64,000 nt of DNA, taken from an uncultured bacterium (lineage in GTDB: Bacteria; Fidelibacterota; Marinisomatia; Marinisomatales; JACNKV01). Each line of letters starts with the position of its first letter. Positions within the stretch are counted from its first letter, which is position 1. The translations under genes and the position numbers were made by a program. Below are positions 1 to 9,915 of the stretch, one piece after another. Where the stretch lies: assembly GCA_964388155.1 (NCBI GenBank), contig CAYLYH010000008.1:258-64257 (forward strand), written 5' to 3'. Below the pieces are notes generated by a model, which saw only the letters and a list, made by a program, of their open reading frames with translations, was not told the DNA's origin and did not search any database.

Positions 1-1
1 T

Positions 2-1423
2 GTGCTTCTTGTCCCGAAAAAATCCGGCGTTTTACCTCGTGATGTAAACATAACCACGCGATTAACGAAAAACATCAGAATGAACATCCCAATTCTCAGC
101 GCAGCTATGGATACGGTTACAGAAACAGCGATGGCGAAAGCGCTTGCTCGTGAAGGAGGAATTGGTATTATCCATAAAAACCTATCGATTAAAAAGCAAA
201 CAGAAATGGTTGAAAGTGTCAAACGGTCGGAGAGTGGAATGATCACAGATCCAATTACGCTTACAATGGGGCAAACAATACGGGAAGCTAAATATCTTAT
301 GGGACAATATCAGATCAGCGGACTTCCGGTACTAAATGGTGAAAAGTTAGTGGGGATCTTAACCAACCGTGATATTCGGTTTGAAACAAATCTTGACCAA
401 CCTATTACGAAAAGAATGACTTCTGAAAAATTGGTGACAGTTCCGATCGGAACCACGTTAGAAAAAGCCAAGGATATTCTTCAAAAACACCGAATCGAAA
501 AACTATTAGTCGTCGATGACAGCGGACATCTTGCCGGTTTGATAACGGTAAAAGATATTTTGAAGAAAGAGCAATTTCCGAATGCGTGTAAAGATGATAA
601 GGGAAGATTACGGGTCGGGGCAGCCGTTGGCGTTGGTTCTGATGCTATTGAAAGGGTTCAGGCGTTGGCATCTGCCGGAGCAGATGTAATTGTCGTTGAT
701 ACAGCTCACGGTCATTCAGAAGGTGTGTTAAAAACTGTCGAAAAAATTAAAAAAGCAATCACTGCAGATGTTATTGCAGGGAATGTAGCAACGGCAGACG
801 GGACGAAAGCACTCATCGATGCGGGAGTGGATTGCGTGAAAGTCGGCATTGGCGCAGGTGCGAGTTGTACGACAAGAATTATTGCGGGCATTGGTGTTCC
901 ACAGCTGTCGGCGATTATGGATTGTACGCGTATGGCTCAGAAATATGATATCCCAATCATTGGGGATGGCGGACTGCGGTATAGCGGTGACATTGCAAAG
1001 TCATTGGCAGCCGGCGCGGAAATTGTCATGCTAGGCAGCCTGCTTGCAGGGATGAATGAAAGTCCGGGTGAAACGATTTTGTACGAAGGTCGTCAATATA
1101 AATCTTACCGTGGAATGGGTTCAATCGGTGCAATGAAAGAAGGAAGTGGCGATCGATATTTTCAGGAAGGAACAGAGTCCACAAAACTTGTGCCCGAAGG
1201 AATCGAAGGCATGGTGCCTTACAGAGGAGAAGCGCGAAATGCCATTCATCAATTACTTGGTGGACTGCGATCATCTATGGGATACTGTGGTGTGAAAGAG
1301 ATACGCGAATTTGGCAAAAAAGCAACGTTTATACGGATTTCACCAGCTGCCGCCATTGAAAGTCACCCGCATGAAGTACGGATAGTAAAAGAAGCACCCA
1401 ATTATCAGGTTTCGGATAGCTGA
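2..1423 (+). CDS. guaB: IMP dehydrogenase (5' end truncated by window edge)
   Basis: SAAMDTVTE, tandem CBS domains, catalytic KVGIGAGASCTTR, YRGMGS and PEGIEG motifs. Confidence 0.98.
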   Translation: MLLVPKKSGVLPRDVNITTRLTKNIRMNIPILSAAMDTVTETAMAKALAREGGIGIIHKNLSIKKQTEMVESVKRSESGMITDPITLTMGQTIREAKYLMGQYQISGLPVLNGEKLVGILTNRDIRFETNLDQPITKRMTSEKLVTVPIGTTLEKAKDILQKHRIEKLLVVDDSGHLAGLITVKDILKKEQFPNACKDDKGRLRVGAAVGVGSDAIERVQALASAGADVIVVDTAHGHSEGVLKTVEKIKKAITADVIAGNVATADGTKALIDAGVDCVKVGIGAGASCTTRIIAGIGVPQLSAIMDCTRMAQKYDIPIIGDGGLRYSGDIAKSLAAGAEIVMLGSLLAGMNESPGETILYEGRQYKSYRGMGSIGAMKEGSGDRYFQEGTESTKLVPEGIEGMVPYRGEARNAIHQLLGGLRSSMGYCGVKEIREFGKKATFIRISPAAAIESHPHEVRIVKEAPNYQVSDS

Positions 1424-1436
1424 GATTAAAGGGAAT

Positions 1437-1467
1437 AAAAAAAGCCCCGAAATCGGGGCTTTTTTTT
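1437..1467. terminator. Bidirectional rho-independent terminator between convergent guaB and rpsT
   Basis: A7-GCCCCGA-AA-TCGGGGC-T8 hairpin. Confidence 0.92.
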
Positions 1468-1482
1468 ATTGAGTATTAAAAT

Positions 1483-1737
1483 CTAAGAAAGTGAATTCAG
1501 ATGACGCGAAATCTGAGCTTTCTGCCGTGAAGCTTTATTTTTATGTATCAGATGTTTGTTAGCCATTTTATCGATAAAACTTACTGCCGTTTTATGATGC
1601 TCTCCTGCTTTTTTCACATCAGTTTCAATCATAACTGACTTCACAAGCGTTCTGAGTTTGGACATATTTTCTATGTTTCGTTCGCGACGGACAATGTCCT
1701 GACGTTCACGCTTAATTTGTTGCGGATGTCTATCCAT
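1483..1737 (-). CDS. rpsT: 30S ribosomal protein S20
   Basis: Basic 84 aa protein; RRERN...SKLRTLVK and IDKMANKHLIHKNKASRQKA S20 pattern. Confidence 0.93.
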   Translation of the reverse strand: MDRHPQQIKRERQDIVRRERNIENMSKLRTLVKSVMIETDVKKAGEHHKTAVSFIDKMANKHLIHKNKASRQKAQISRHLNSLS

Positions 1738-1843
1738 GAAAGTGTTGTATCCTTACGTTTTGTTCAAAATGCGAATAAATTTCGAGCGGGAAGTTATCCC
1801 TGAAAATGGTAATATGTCAATGAGTCAAATTAGAAAATCTATT

Positions 1844-3028
1844 TTATTTGATGGTGTTCAATTCTTTACCCACTCTAATAAACGCTTCAATGGCTCTATC
1901 CAAATGATGTTTTGTGTGTGCAGCGGAAATTTGTACACGGATTCGAGCTTCTCCCCTCGGGACGACCGGGAAGAAAAATCCAATGACGTAAATGCCTTCA
2001 TCCAAAAGCATCGTTGCCATTTTTTGTGCTAAAACCGCATCGTAAAGCATAATCGGGACAATCGGATGAATTCCATCTTTGATGTCAAATCCTGCTTCGA
2101 TCATTTTTGAACGGAAATATGTTGTATTTATTTCCAGTTTATCTCTCAATTCAGTAGTGGCTGACAGCATATCGAAAACGGTTTTGCCGGCCGCCACAAT
2201 AGACGGAGCAACTGTGTTTGAAAATAGATAAGGTCTGGATTGTTGACGGAGCAAATCAATGATCTCTTTTCGCCCGGTTGTAAATCCGCCTGATGCACCT
2301 CCAAGTGCTTTTCCCAATGTGGATGTGATGATATCAATTTTATTCAAAACCCCGTGATATTCGGCAGAACCGCGCCCTGTACGACCAACAAATCCGGTAG
2401 CGTGAGAATCATCTACCATGACCATCGCATCATAGTTTTCCGCCAGTTCTGTGATCTTGTCCAGTTTGGCGATATATCCATCCATGGAGAAAACACCATC
2501 GGTGGCAATGAGTCGTAAACGGGCATCTTGAGCTTCGATCAATTTCTTTTCTAAATCATCCATGTTGCTGTTAGCGTAACGGTATCGCTTGGCTTTACAC
2601 AGACGAATTCCGTCAATGATCGAGGCATGATTAAGCGAATCACTTATGATGGCATCTTCAGCGGTAAGGATGGTCTCGAACAATCCACCGTTAGCATCGA
2701 AGCAGCTGGTGTAGAGTATGGTATCGTCCGTTCCAAAGAAGGTAGAAATCGTGTTTTCCAGCTCCTTATGTAAGTCTTGAGTACCACAGATGAACCGCAC
2801 AGACGCCATCCCGAAACCGTGATCGTCCAATGCTTTTTTTGCTGCGGTAATCACTTCAGGATTATTTGCCAGTCCGAGATAGTTGTTTGCACAGAAATTT
2901 AGAACCTCGCCGCCTTCCGTTGTGGAGATATCCACGCCTTGCGGAGTGGTGATTGTGCGCTCGGTTTTATACAAACCTTCATTTTTGATTTTGTCTAATG
3001 TACTTTGATAGAATGCTTTATTATGCAT
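1844..3028 (-). CDS. kbl: Glycine C-acetyltransferase (2-amino-3-ketobutyrate CoA ligase)
   Basis: [37 protein letters not shown] motif; start set at ATG 3028 (MHNKAFY), overlapping the upstream stop. Confidence 0.96.
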   Translation of the reverse strand: MHNKAFYQSTLDKIKNEGLYKTERTITTPQGVDISTTEGGEVLNFCANNYLGLANNPEVITAAKKALDDHGFGMASVRFICGTQDLHKELENTISTFFGTDDTILYTSCFDANGGLFETILTAEDAIISDSLNHASIIDGIRLCKAKRYRYANSNMDDLEKKLIEAQDARLRLIATDGVFSMDGYIAKLDKITELAENYDAMVMVDDSHATGFVGRTGRGSAEYHGVLNKIDIITSTLGKALGGASGGFTTGRKEIIDLLRQQSRPYLFSNTVAPSIVAAGKTVFDMLSATTELRDKLEINTTYFRSKMIEAGFDIKDGIHPIVPIMLYDAVLAQKMATMLLDEGIYVIGFFFPVVPRGEARIRVQISAAHTKHHLDRAIEAFIRVGKELNTIK

Positions 3029-3632
3029 TGTTTTCATTCTCATTACTTGTGCGTTCGCGATAATCTTGTCTGATTGATTTTGCGTTTTCTCGGTACGCTT
3101 TTGCATCCCCATAATCGAAGAATTTGTAGTAGCGTGAATGCGGATCTTTTACCCGAGAAGCATGCTTAATTGGACACCAATATTGTTCAGTTCTTGCGAT
3201 AGCTTCTTTTGTGTAAGCTGCAACAGCGTTACCATATCCACAGTAGACACAATTTACTTTTTCCAGCGTATTTAGGTAAGAAAGGTGCTGGCGGTCGATG
3301 ATGAAATATTCTTTGCGTTTGACGATCGGAATTCCAAATGCTCTAAAACAGATATGCTGATAAATAAAAATAGCTAAATCCATAAAAACGATAGGAACAA
3401 TCACCGCATAAATCACAGGAGAAAGTAAAATATGGCGTGTTCGGGCGGCAAAGATGTACTTAAATAGATTTGTTTTATATTTTTTTTGTTGCTTTCGAAT
3501 GCTTTTTTCAAACTTAATTTTCCGTTTTTTAAAATTATCCGTCAGTTCCTTGCTGATGACTGCAAATTCTTTTTCCAGCTCTTTTTCAAGCCGGCGAATC
3601 TTTTCTAAATGTTTTTCAAATATGTTGTTCAT
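3021..3632 (-). CDS. Hypothetical membrane protein with Cys/His motifs
   Basis: 203 aa ORF; N-terminal coiled coil, one hydrophobic segment, NCVYCGYGN and EQYWCPIKH motifs; stop overlaps kbl start. Confidence 0.8.
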   Translation of the reverse strand: MNNIFEKHLEKIRRLEKELEKEFAVISKELTDNFKKRKIKFEKSIRKQQKKYKTNLFKYIFAARTRHILLSPVIYAVIVPIVFMDLAIFIYQHICFRAFGIPIVKRKEYFIIDRQHLSYLNTLEKVNCVYCGYGNAVAAYTKEAIARTEQYWCPIKHASRVKDPHSRYYKFFDYGDAKAYRENAKSIRQDYRERTSNENENNA

Positions 3633-3750
3633 GGTTGTTTGTTATTTTGTTTTCTTAATTAAATTTGGAGTTAAGAATAGTTTGCACGCCAAAGTTTTGG
3701 CACAGGATGGAGCCGGAGGAGTTGTTGAAAATTAAAATGTGAAACAGGAT

Positions 3751-3780
3751 TTCCGTCTCCTTTTTCCTTTTCTCCCCGCT
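3751..3780 (-). repeat. GGAGAAAA-type octamer tract directly after the tdh stop
   Basis: Minus strand reads GGGGAGAAAAGGAAAAAGGAGACGG; similar tracts at 8185, 23630 and 26184. Confidence 0.55.
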
Positions 3781-3781
3781 C

Positions 3782-4807
3782 TTATTCCCATTCAAGAATT
3801 ACTTTTCCGCAATTTCCGGATTCCATAATATCAAAAGCTTTTTGAAAGTTATCCACAGGAAAGCGATGTGTTAAAACGCCGGAAATATCCAGTCCGCTTC
3901 GGAGCATTTGCGTCATTTTATACCAAGTCTCAAACATTTCGCGTCCATAGATGCCTTTTATATGCAGTCCCTTGAATATGATTTCATCCCAATTAATCTG
4001 CGTAGATTTTGGCAATAATCCGAGCAAAGCGATACGTCCGCCGTGGTACATATTTCGAAGCATATCATTAAAAGCAGCCGGGCTCCCGGACATTTCCAGC
4101 CCGACATCAAAACCGTTGGACATACCCAGTTCTTTGATAGCGTCTTCAATGTTGACTTTCGTTACATTCAACGTTAGTGAAGCGCCCATTTTTTTTGCAA
4201 GTTCCAAGCGGTAGTCGTTGACATCTGTAATGACAACATGGCGGGCACCGACAAAATTACAAATTGCAACCGCCATTATTCCGATGGGTCCCGCTCCGGT
4301 GATGAGGACATCCTCACCGACCATTTCGAAGGAGAGTGCAGTGTGAGCGGCATTCCCGTACGGATCGAAAAAAGAGGCAATATCGGATGAAATATCTTGA
4401 TGAACAGGCCACACATTGCGTTCCGGCATGACAAGATATTCTGCAAATGCGCCATCCCGATGCAAGCCGATTCCTATAGTGCGATGACAAAGATGACGTT
4501 TGCCTGCACGACAGTTTCGGCAGTGCCCACAGGTGATATGTCCTTCTCCGGACACTCGATCCCCCACGCTATAGTGTGTAACTCCCTGACCGATTTCAAC
4601 GATCTTTCCCACAAATTCATGTCCTGCAACCAGAGGGGGTTTAATCGTGCGTTGAGACCATTCATCCCACTTGTAAATGTGAAGATCTGTGCCGCAGATA
4701 GCTGTTTTATGGATTTTAATCAGGACGTCATTTGTCCCCGGAGTTGGGCGAGGAACTTCTTCCATCCATATCCCCCGTTCGGGAGATTTTTTTATCAATG
4801 CTTTCAT
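3782..4807 (-). CDS. tdh: L-threonine 3-dehydrogenase
   Basis: [22 protein letters not shown] zinc motif, [17 protein letters not shown]. Confidence 0.97.
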   Translation of the reverse strand: MKALIKKSPERGIWMEEVPRPTPGTNDVLIKIHKTAICGTDLHIYKWDEWSQRTIKPPLVAGHEFVGKIVEIGQGVTHYSVGDRVSGEGHITCGHCRNCRAGKRHLCHRTIGIGLHRDGAFAEYLVMPERNVWPVHQDISSDIASFFDPYGNAAHTALSFEMVGEDVLITGAGPIGIMAVAICNFVGARHVVITDVNDYRLELAKKMGASLTLNVTKVNIEDAIKELGMSNGFDVGLEMSGSPAAFNDMLRNMYHGGRIALLGLLPKSTQINWDEIIFKGLHIKGIYGREMFETWYKMTQMLRSGLDISGVLTHRFPVDNFQKAFDIMESGNCGKVILEWE

Positions 4808-5000
4808 AGGGGTAACGTATCTATGTTAATGAAAGAAAATTAACTACGAAAATTTACCGCATGTTTGATTCTGTACCAAGAATTGAATTGTCGGAGTTTT
4901 GATGGCGGAGAATTTGGGATTAGAAAATGGTGACTCATTTAGGTTCTACAAAATCTTTATATCCACAAGTGTACTTATTTTTCGAGATGATGGGATGAGT

Positions 5001-5033
5001 CTTGTAAACACAGGTATCTTACAAGTAAATTTC
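5001..5033 (+). promoter_or_regulatory. Putative promoter of parA operon overlapping an inverted repeat
   Basis: TTGTAA-N18-TAAATT; perfect inverted repeat CTTGTAA-N11-TTACAAG at 5001-5025. Confidence 0.4.
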
Positions 5034-5056
5034 GGTTCGAAATTTACGCAATAATT

Positions 5057-5821
5057 ATGGCACACATCTTTTCATTCGTCAATCAAAAAGGCGGTGTTGG
5101 TAAAACAACATCGTCCGTGAACGTTGCAGTTAGCCTTGCGGTATCCGAAGTCAAAACACTTTTGATCGATTTGGATCCGCAAGCAAATGCGACGACGGGT
5201 ATTTCCAATCTGACTGAGGAAAGTAATTCTTCAATTTATGATGTGTTAATCCGGGGTGTAGATTTCAAAGATGCCGTCACGAAAACGCAATTCGAACATT
5301 TAGATTTGGTGTCGTCAACGAATGACCTCGTGGGTGCTGAGATAGAATTAGTCAGTATGATGGCACGCGAATACCAATTGAAAAAAATGCTGGAATCAGT
5401 TCGTGATGAATATCAATATATTATCATAGACTGCCCGCCATCTCTGGGATTGCTTACCATCAACGCTCTTGCCGCATCGGATTCAATTATTATTCCCATA
5501 CAAAGTGAATACTATGCGTTAGAGGGATTAGGTCAATTGTTAAATACAATTCGATTAGTCCAAAAACATATCAATCCTAATTTGAGTATAAGCGGAGTGC
5601 TTTTGACGATGTTTGATTCGCGATTGAATCTGTCAAAAGAAGTTGCGTCAGAACTACGAAGATATTTTGAAGATAAGTTGTTTAAAACAGTCATCCATCG
5701 TAACGTTCGACTTGGTGAAGCCCCAAGTTTTGGAAAACCCGCATTACTTTATGATGCAAATTCTACGGGTGCACGAAATTACATGAGTTTAGTTGAGGAG
5801 ATATTAGAACGTGTCAAATAG
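5057..5821 (+). CDS. parA: Chromosome partitioning ATPase ParA/Soj
   Basis: NQKGGVGKTT deviant Walker A, DLDPQANAT, DCPPSLG, EAPSFGKP. Confidence 0.96.
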   Translation: MAHIFSFVNQKGGVGKTTSSVNVAVSLAVSEVKTLLIDLDPQANATTGISNLTEESNSSIYDVLIRGVDFKDAVTKTQFEHLDLVSSTNDLVGAEIELVSMMAREYQLKKMLESVRDEYQYIIIDCPPSLGLLTINALAASDSIIIPIQSEYYALEGLGQLLNTIRLVQKHINPNLSISGVLLTMFDSRLNLSKEVASELRRYFEDKLFKTVIHRNVRLGEAPSFGKPALLYDANSTGARNYMSLVEEILERVK

Positions 5822-6686
5822 TCGTTTAGGTAAAGGGCTGGAAGCACTGATTCGCCCTAAAGAAGAAAAAATGGAATTGAAACCGGGTGTTACGGCGATT
5901 CCGATTAAGTTTATTATCCCCAATCCACATCAACCGCGACAACATTTTGATAAGATAACACTCAATGAATTAGCAGCTTCGATAAGTCAAAAAGGTGTAT
6001 TGACACCCGTAACCGTTTATCAAAAAGGGGAACGGTTTGTCTTAATTGCCGGAGAACGCCGTTGGCGTGCCGCAAAATTAGCAGGATTAAAAAACCTCCC
6101 CGCTTATGTCGTTTCAGTGACGGGGGAGGAAGATGTCATGGAAATGGCATTGATCGAGAACATCCAGCGGGAGAATCTGAACGCCATTGAAGAAGCAGAA
6201 GCTTATGCGTACCTAAACAGTAAATTTGATTTATCACATACAGCGATTGCTAAGTCCGTAGGGAAAAAGAGGACGACAGTATCTAACTCTCTTCGGTTAT
6301 TGGGATTACCGTCAGACATAAAAGATAGTCTGCGTGATGGAAAAGTCTCTGCCGGGCACGGTCGTCAGATTTTGGCGATGAAAACTCCAATTGCGATGAC
6401 AAAAATGTGGAAAAAAATCCTAGATGAAAACCTGAGTGTTCGCGGAGTAGAGGCAATTGTAAAAGAAATATCTGAGAAAAAACAATCTCAAAAAGTACAA
6501 CCGTCTAAAAGACACGCAGCGCGGAGAGTGTCTCCTCAGATTAAGCAAATAGAAGATGAACTGGTTTCAATTTTGGGGACAAAAGTACACATCTATGTCA
6601 AAAAAGATAACGGTAAAATTGAAGTAAGCTATTTTTCAGTTGATGATTTGGAAAGAATTTTAGAATTATTGCGTAAAATTAATTAA
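5811..6686 (+). CDS. parB: Chromosome partitioning protein ParB/Spo0J
   Basis: LGKGLEAL N-terminus, NPHQPR, AGERRWRA, ENIQRENL; overlaps parA. Confidence 0.96.
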   Translation: MSNSRLGKGLEALIRPKEEKMELKPGVTAIPIKFIIPNPHQPRQHFDKITLNELAASISQKGVLTPVTVYQKGERFVLIAGERRWRAAKLAGLKNLPAYVVSVTGEEDVMEMALIENIQRENLNAIEEAEAYAYLNSKFDLSHTAIAKSVGKKRTTVSNSLRLLGLPSDIKDSLRDGKVSAGHGRQILAMKTPIAMTKMWKKILDENLSVRGVEAIVKEISEKKQSQKVQPSKRHAARRVSPQIKQIEDELVSILGTKVHIYVKKDNGKIEVSYFSVDDLERILELLRKIN

Positions 6687-6712
6687 GCATCGTATTATTG
6701 TGCTGAAAATTT

Positions 6713-7498
6713 GTGAAGCCAAATAAATATACTGTTCTTCTGATACCAGATAACGGGGATAACAACCGTCAATTTACCCTCCACCGAAGGGTTATTCTTT
6801 GGGGAATTATATTATCGTGTATGCTTATTGTTGGTGCAATGAGTGTGTGGTATTATTCTATCAAAGCATTAGAAGACCATCATGAATTGCAAAATAAATA
6901 TGACACATTGGTGCAGGATAGGTTAACTGTAATCGAATTGATGGATGACCTGCAGCGAATGAAGCAAATGGATCAACTGATTCGTAAGACTCTTGGAACA
7001 GAAATAAATTTACATACAGAGAAAAAGAATATGGACTCTCTTCGTTATTCAACTGAGGATAAATATCATGTGTCTTATATTGAGAATTTTCCGTCAAAAG
7101 CTCCGATTCAGGGTTGGCTGACACAAAGAATAAGTCGATCTTCCATCTTTCAAAATGAAAATCACTATGGAATTGACCTTGCAGTTAAAGAGGGAGAACC
7201 CATATTAGCATCTGCCGGAGGGTATGTAGTGTACTCCGGGTGGAATTATGAAATGGGGAATTTGATTATTATATATCATGGGAATGCATATTTTACTCTG
7301 TATGGACATAATCAGCGAAATCAAGTACAAAAACTGGAAAGGGTAAAACGTGGAGATGTCATCGCTTTAGCGGGGAAGACTGGGATATCTTCAGGTCCGC
7401 ACCTGCATTATGAGATTTGGAAGGATGGAGAAGCTTTGGACCCGTTAATATTTTTTCCGCAATATAAAGAAAAGGATGTAAGTCCGAATGATGAGTAA
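6713..7498 (+). CDS. M23 family metallopeptidase, membrane-anchored
   Basis: HYGID and GPHLHYE zinc motifs, N-terminal TM and coiled coil. Confidence 0.9.
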   Translation: MKPNKYTVLLIPDNGDNNRQFTLHRRVILWGIILSCMLIVGAMSVWYYSIKALEDHHELQNKYDTLVQDRLTVIELMDDLQRMKQMDQLIRKTLGTEINLHTEKKNMDSLRYSTEDKYHVSYIENFPSKAPIQGWLTQRISRSSIFQNENHYGIDLAVKEGEPILASAGGYVVYSGWNYEMGNLIIIYHGNAYFTLYGHNQRNQVQKLERVKRGDVIALAGKTGISSGPHLHYEIWKDGEALDPLIFFPQYKEKDVSPNDE

Positions 7499-7868
7499 AA
7501 TAGATTTCAAGAATGTGCATACCATGATTGGTGGCGATGCGGTTGTCTACGGGAATATTGAACTTGAGGGCGGACTTATCGTCTATGGGACGGTGAATGG
7601 TTCGCTCACGACAACCGGTCCGGTAAGGATATCAAAAACCGGTGTTGTAATAGGAGATATTAGTGCAAGTGATATTCATCTGGGCGGAGAAGTACAAGGA
7701 AACGTGATTGTAAAGAATCGTGCGGTGCTTGGCGGGCAATCCGTGTTGAGAGGAGATTTGGTGTATACCCGCTTACTTATCGAAGAAGGTGCTCAGTTTG
7801 AAGGCAAATGTGATTTTTCCGGGAGTATTGCCACAGAGTCCACAGCGGAACGAGAAAGGCTGGTATAA
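7488..7868 (+). CDS. Bactofilin (polymer-forming cytoskeletal protein)
   Basis: Beta-helix pattern ending IEEGAQFEGKC; overlaps M23 gene. Confidence 0.9.
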   Translation: MMSKIDFKNVHTMIGGDAVVYGNIELEGGLIVYGTVNGSLTTTGPVRISKTGVVIGDISASDIHLGGEVQGNVIVKNRAVLGGQSVLRGDLVYTRLLIEEGAQFEGKCDFSGSIATESTAERERLV

Positions 7869-7913
7869 TAATCGCGGTGCAAAATACTTACCGATTAATT
7901 ACCGTGAATTATT

Positions 7914-8213
7914 ATGGATAAAAAAGTAATAAGCGCGATAGAAAACCAAATTGGCTTCACAGCGAGATCCTTTCATTATCTCCAAAAATTCATCAGACAA
8001 AGCGGTCCCGCAGCTTCAGCTTCGTATACTTTGATCGGAGCGATTATCCTCCTTGGCGGAATTGGATATGTGTTTGATAAATGGCTGGAATCATCACCAT
8101 GGTTTTTGTTGGGCGGACTTCTGTTGGGCTTAATCGTCGGGTTTTATGAATTGGCGAAAACCGTTTGGCGAGTAACAGAGAAAGGGAGAAAAGGAGAAGA
8201 GGAGAACGGGTGA
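7914..8213 (+). CDS. AtpZ/AtpI family protein
   Basis: GGIGYVFDKWLESSPWFLLGGLLLG pattern at head of atp operon. Confidence 0.85.
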   Translation: MDKKVISAIENQIGFTARSFHYLQKFIRQSGPAASASYTLIGAIILLGGIGYVFDKWLESSPWFLLGGLLLGLIVGFYELAKTVWRVTEKGRKGEEENG

Positions 8214-8252
8214 TTTGGTCTTTGATTCGTGTTAATCCGTGTCATCAGCGTT
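8185..8252 (+). repeat. Octamer tract (GGAGAAAA-like x3) followed by 9-10-mer tract (ATTCGTGTTA ATCCGTGTC ATCAGCGTT)
   Basis: Read directly at the junction between the first two atp genes. Confidence 0.6.
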
Positions 8253-8262
8253 CTATCAATAA

Positions 8263-8619
8263 ATGAAATTCAAACTTAATTTAACTCTGTTTTCTGTCGG
8301 CTCGTGGGGCTTGATTGCCGGAATATTTTTCCCACAATATATTTGGGAAATCTTTTTGGGTATGATCGGTCCGCTTGCTGTCGGAATAGTTACGGTAACA
8401 CTCGTGAAAAACACGATTGAGACATCAAACGAAAAACTTACGGCTACGATGGCAAAAGCGTTTTTTATCAAAATGATATTTTATGGAGTGTATGTATCGG
8501 TAATTATTGGTTTTTCTTCTTTTGACTCACCATCATATATTATTAGCTTCGCGACATATTTTTCGGTGTTACATATGTTTGAAGCAATGTATTTTCGCAC
8601 CTTATTTAATTCAAAATAA
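8263..8619 (+). CDS. ATP synthase accessory membrane protein (AtpI-like)
   Basis: 118 aa, four hydrophobic segments, position before atpB. Confidence 0.7.
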   Translation: MKFKLNLTLFSVGSWGLIAGIFFPQYIWEIFLGMIGPLAVGIVTVTLVKNTIETSNEKLTATMAKAFFIKMIFYGVYVSVIIGFSSFDSPSYIISFATYFSVLHMFEAMYFRTLFNSK

Positions 8620-8642
8620 CGGCAGTTTACGATTAATTACCA

Positions 8643-9569
8643 ATGAGTTCAGTTGAACACGGTCAGGAAACGGGCGGATTTGATGCCGGTGAAGTCATTA
8701 TTCACCACGTATCAAACAGCTCAATCGAACACCCGATTCTACATTTGCCAACGATATTTGGCATAGATTTTTCCGTAACGAAGCATGTTTTGATGCTTTG
8801 GATAGTTGCCGTTTTAGTCTTTTCAGTTATGACTTGGGCGGTTCGAAAGTACACGAAGCAAGATCGTCCAATTCCCACAGGATTTATGAACGCACTTGAG
8901 GCGGTTGTTTTGTTCATCCGAAATTCGATTGTCATGCCAAATGTCGGCAGTAAATTCGTCAATTCATGGACACCCCTCATACTGACGTTCTTCTTTTTCA
9001 TTCTTACTGCGAACGCGATCGGGATGATTCCAATCTTTGACGTACTGGGAATGATGAACCGATTTATTCTTCAAGTCCCGCCGAGTGACAGTCATAATTT
9101 TATTAATAATCTTTTACACGGCGGAACGACGTCCACCGGTAATTATAACGTAACATCTGCGTTGGCGATTATCACATTTACAGCCATTATTATTGCAGGG
9201 ACAAAAGCTCACGGATTTATTACGCACTGGAAAAACCTCGTCCCCAAGGGATTGGCGTGGCCCGTGTATATTATTTTGATTCCGATTGAAATTATCGGGA
9301 TGTTCGTAAAACCTTTTGCGCTGACTATGCGTCTTGCGGCAAACATGACTGGCGGACATATTGCTATTCTGGCAATACTGTCTTTTGTGTTTATTTTCAG
9401 CGGATTATTTCACAGCACTCTCGCCGGAATTGGCGTTGGTGTTTTGGTTTCCGTGCCACTTGCCGTTGGAATATCCGCGCTTGAAATTATTGTAATTATG
9501 GTTCAGGCGTATGTCTTTACCATGCTAAGTGCTGTGTTTATCGGCATGGCAATTAACGTTCACCATTAG
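8643..9569 (+). CDS. atpB: F0F1 ATP synthase subunit a
   Basis: KPFALTMRLAANMTGGH with essential Arg; LEII..VQAYVFTML. Confidence 0.96.
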   Translation: MSSVEHGQETGGFDAGEVIIHHVSNSSIEHPILHLPTIFGIDFSVTKHVLMLWIVAVLVFSVMTWAVRKYTKQDRPIPTGFMNALEAVVLFIRNSIVMPNVGSKFVNSWTPLILTFFFFILTANAIGMIPIFDVLGMMNRFILQVPPSDSHNFINNLLHGGTTSTGNYNVTSALAIITFTAIIIAGTKAHGFITHWKNLVPKGLAWPVYIILIPIEIIGMFVKPFALTMRLAANMTGGHIAILAILSFVFIFSGLFHSTLAGIGVGVLVSVPLAVGISALEIIVIMVQAYVFTMLSAVFIGMAINVHH

Positions 9570-9628
9570 GCTGTTGTACTATGGTGTTCAACAGAATGAA
9601 ACTTAACAAATAAACGGAGGTCCATCTT

Positions 9629-9853
9629 ATGGAAAATCTACATTATTTTGGAGCAGCAATCGGTCTGGGAATGATCGTAATCGGAGCCGGTCTTGGAATC
9701 AGTCGCTTTACAGCTGCGGCAGCAGAAAGTATTGCCCGTCAGCCTGAAGCTGCAGATAAAATCACCGGAGCAGTTAACCTTCCGCTTTTCTTGCTCGAAG
9801 GTGTTGCGATTCTTGGTGAGGTATTTGTGCTCCTCATCGTCTTGATGAAATAA
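9629..9853 (+). CDS. atpE: F0F1 ATP synthase subunit c
   Basis: GxGxG inner helix, ARQPE loop, ion-binding Glu57; strong SD (GGAGG). Confidence 0.95.
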   Translation: MENLHYFGAAIGLGMIVIGAGLGISRFTAAAAESIARQPEAADKITGAVNLPLFLLEGVAILGEVFVLLIVLMK

Positions 9854-9915
9854 TAACCGGGTTATCACTGCTGAATCAGTAGAAAATTATTTACCGGAAA
9901 TTAACGGAGTAAAAT

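Noticed and set aside
3029-3112. Extended N-termini in the ORF track (kbl 3112, ilvE 28281, nusB 29335, batB 55824)
   Set aside because: They overlap upstream genes heavily; downstream ATGs coupled to the previous stop fit better.
3731-3746. Possible parS site (also 23588)
   Set aside because: Only half sites (GTGAAACA; TGTTTCAC); the 16-bp palindrome is not formed.
4808-5056. Possible oriC next to parAB
   Set aside because: Only one near-match DnaA box (ATATCCACA near 4959-4967) plus one perfect box inside tdh; no cluster and no dnaA nearby.
6713-7868. M23 peptidase-bactofilin pair as a novel system
   Set aside because: An already described, widespread cell-shape module.
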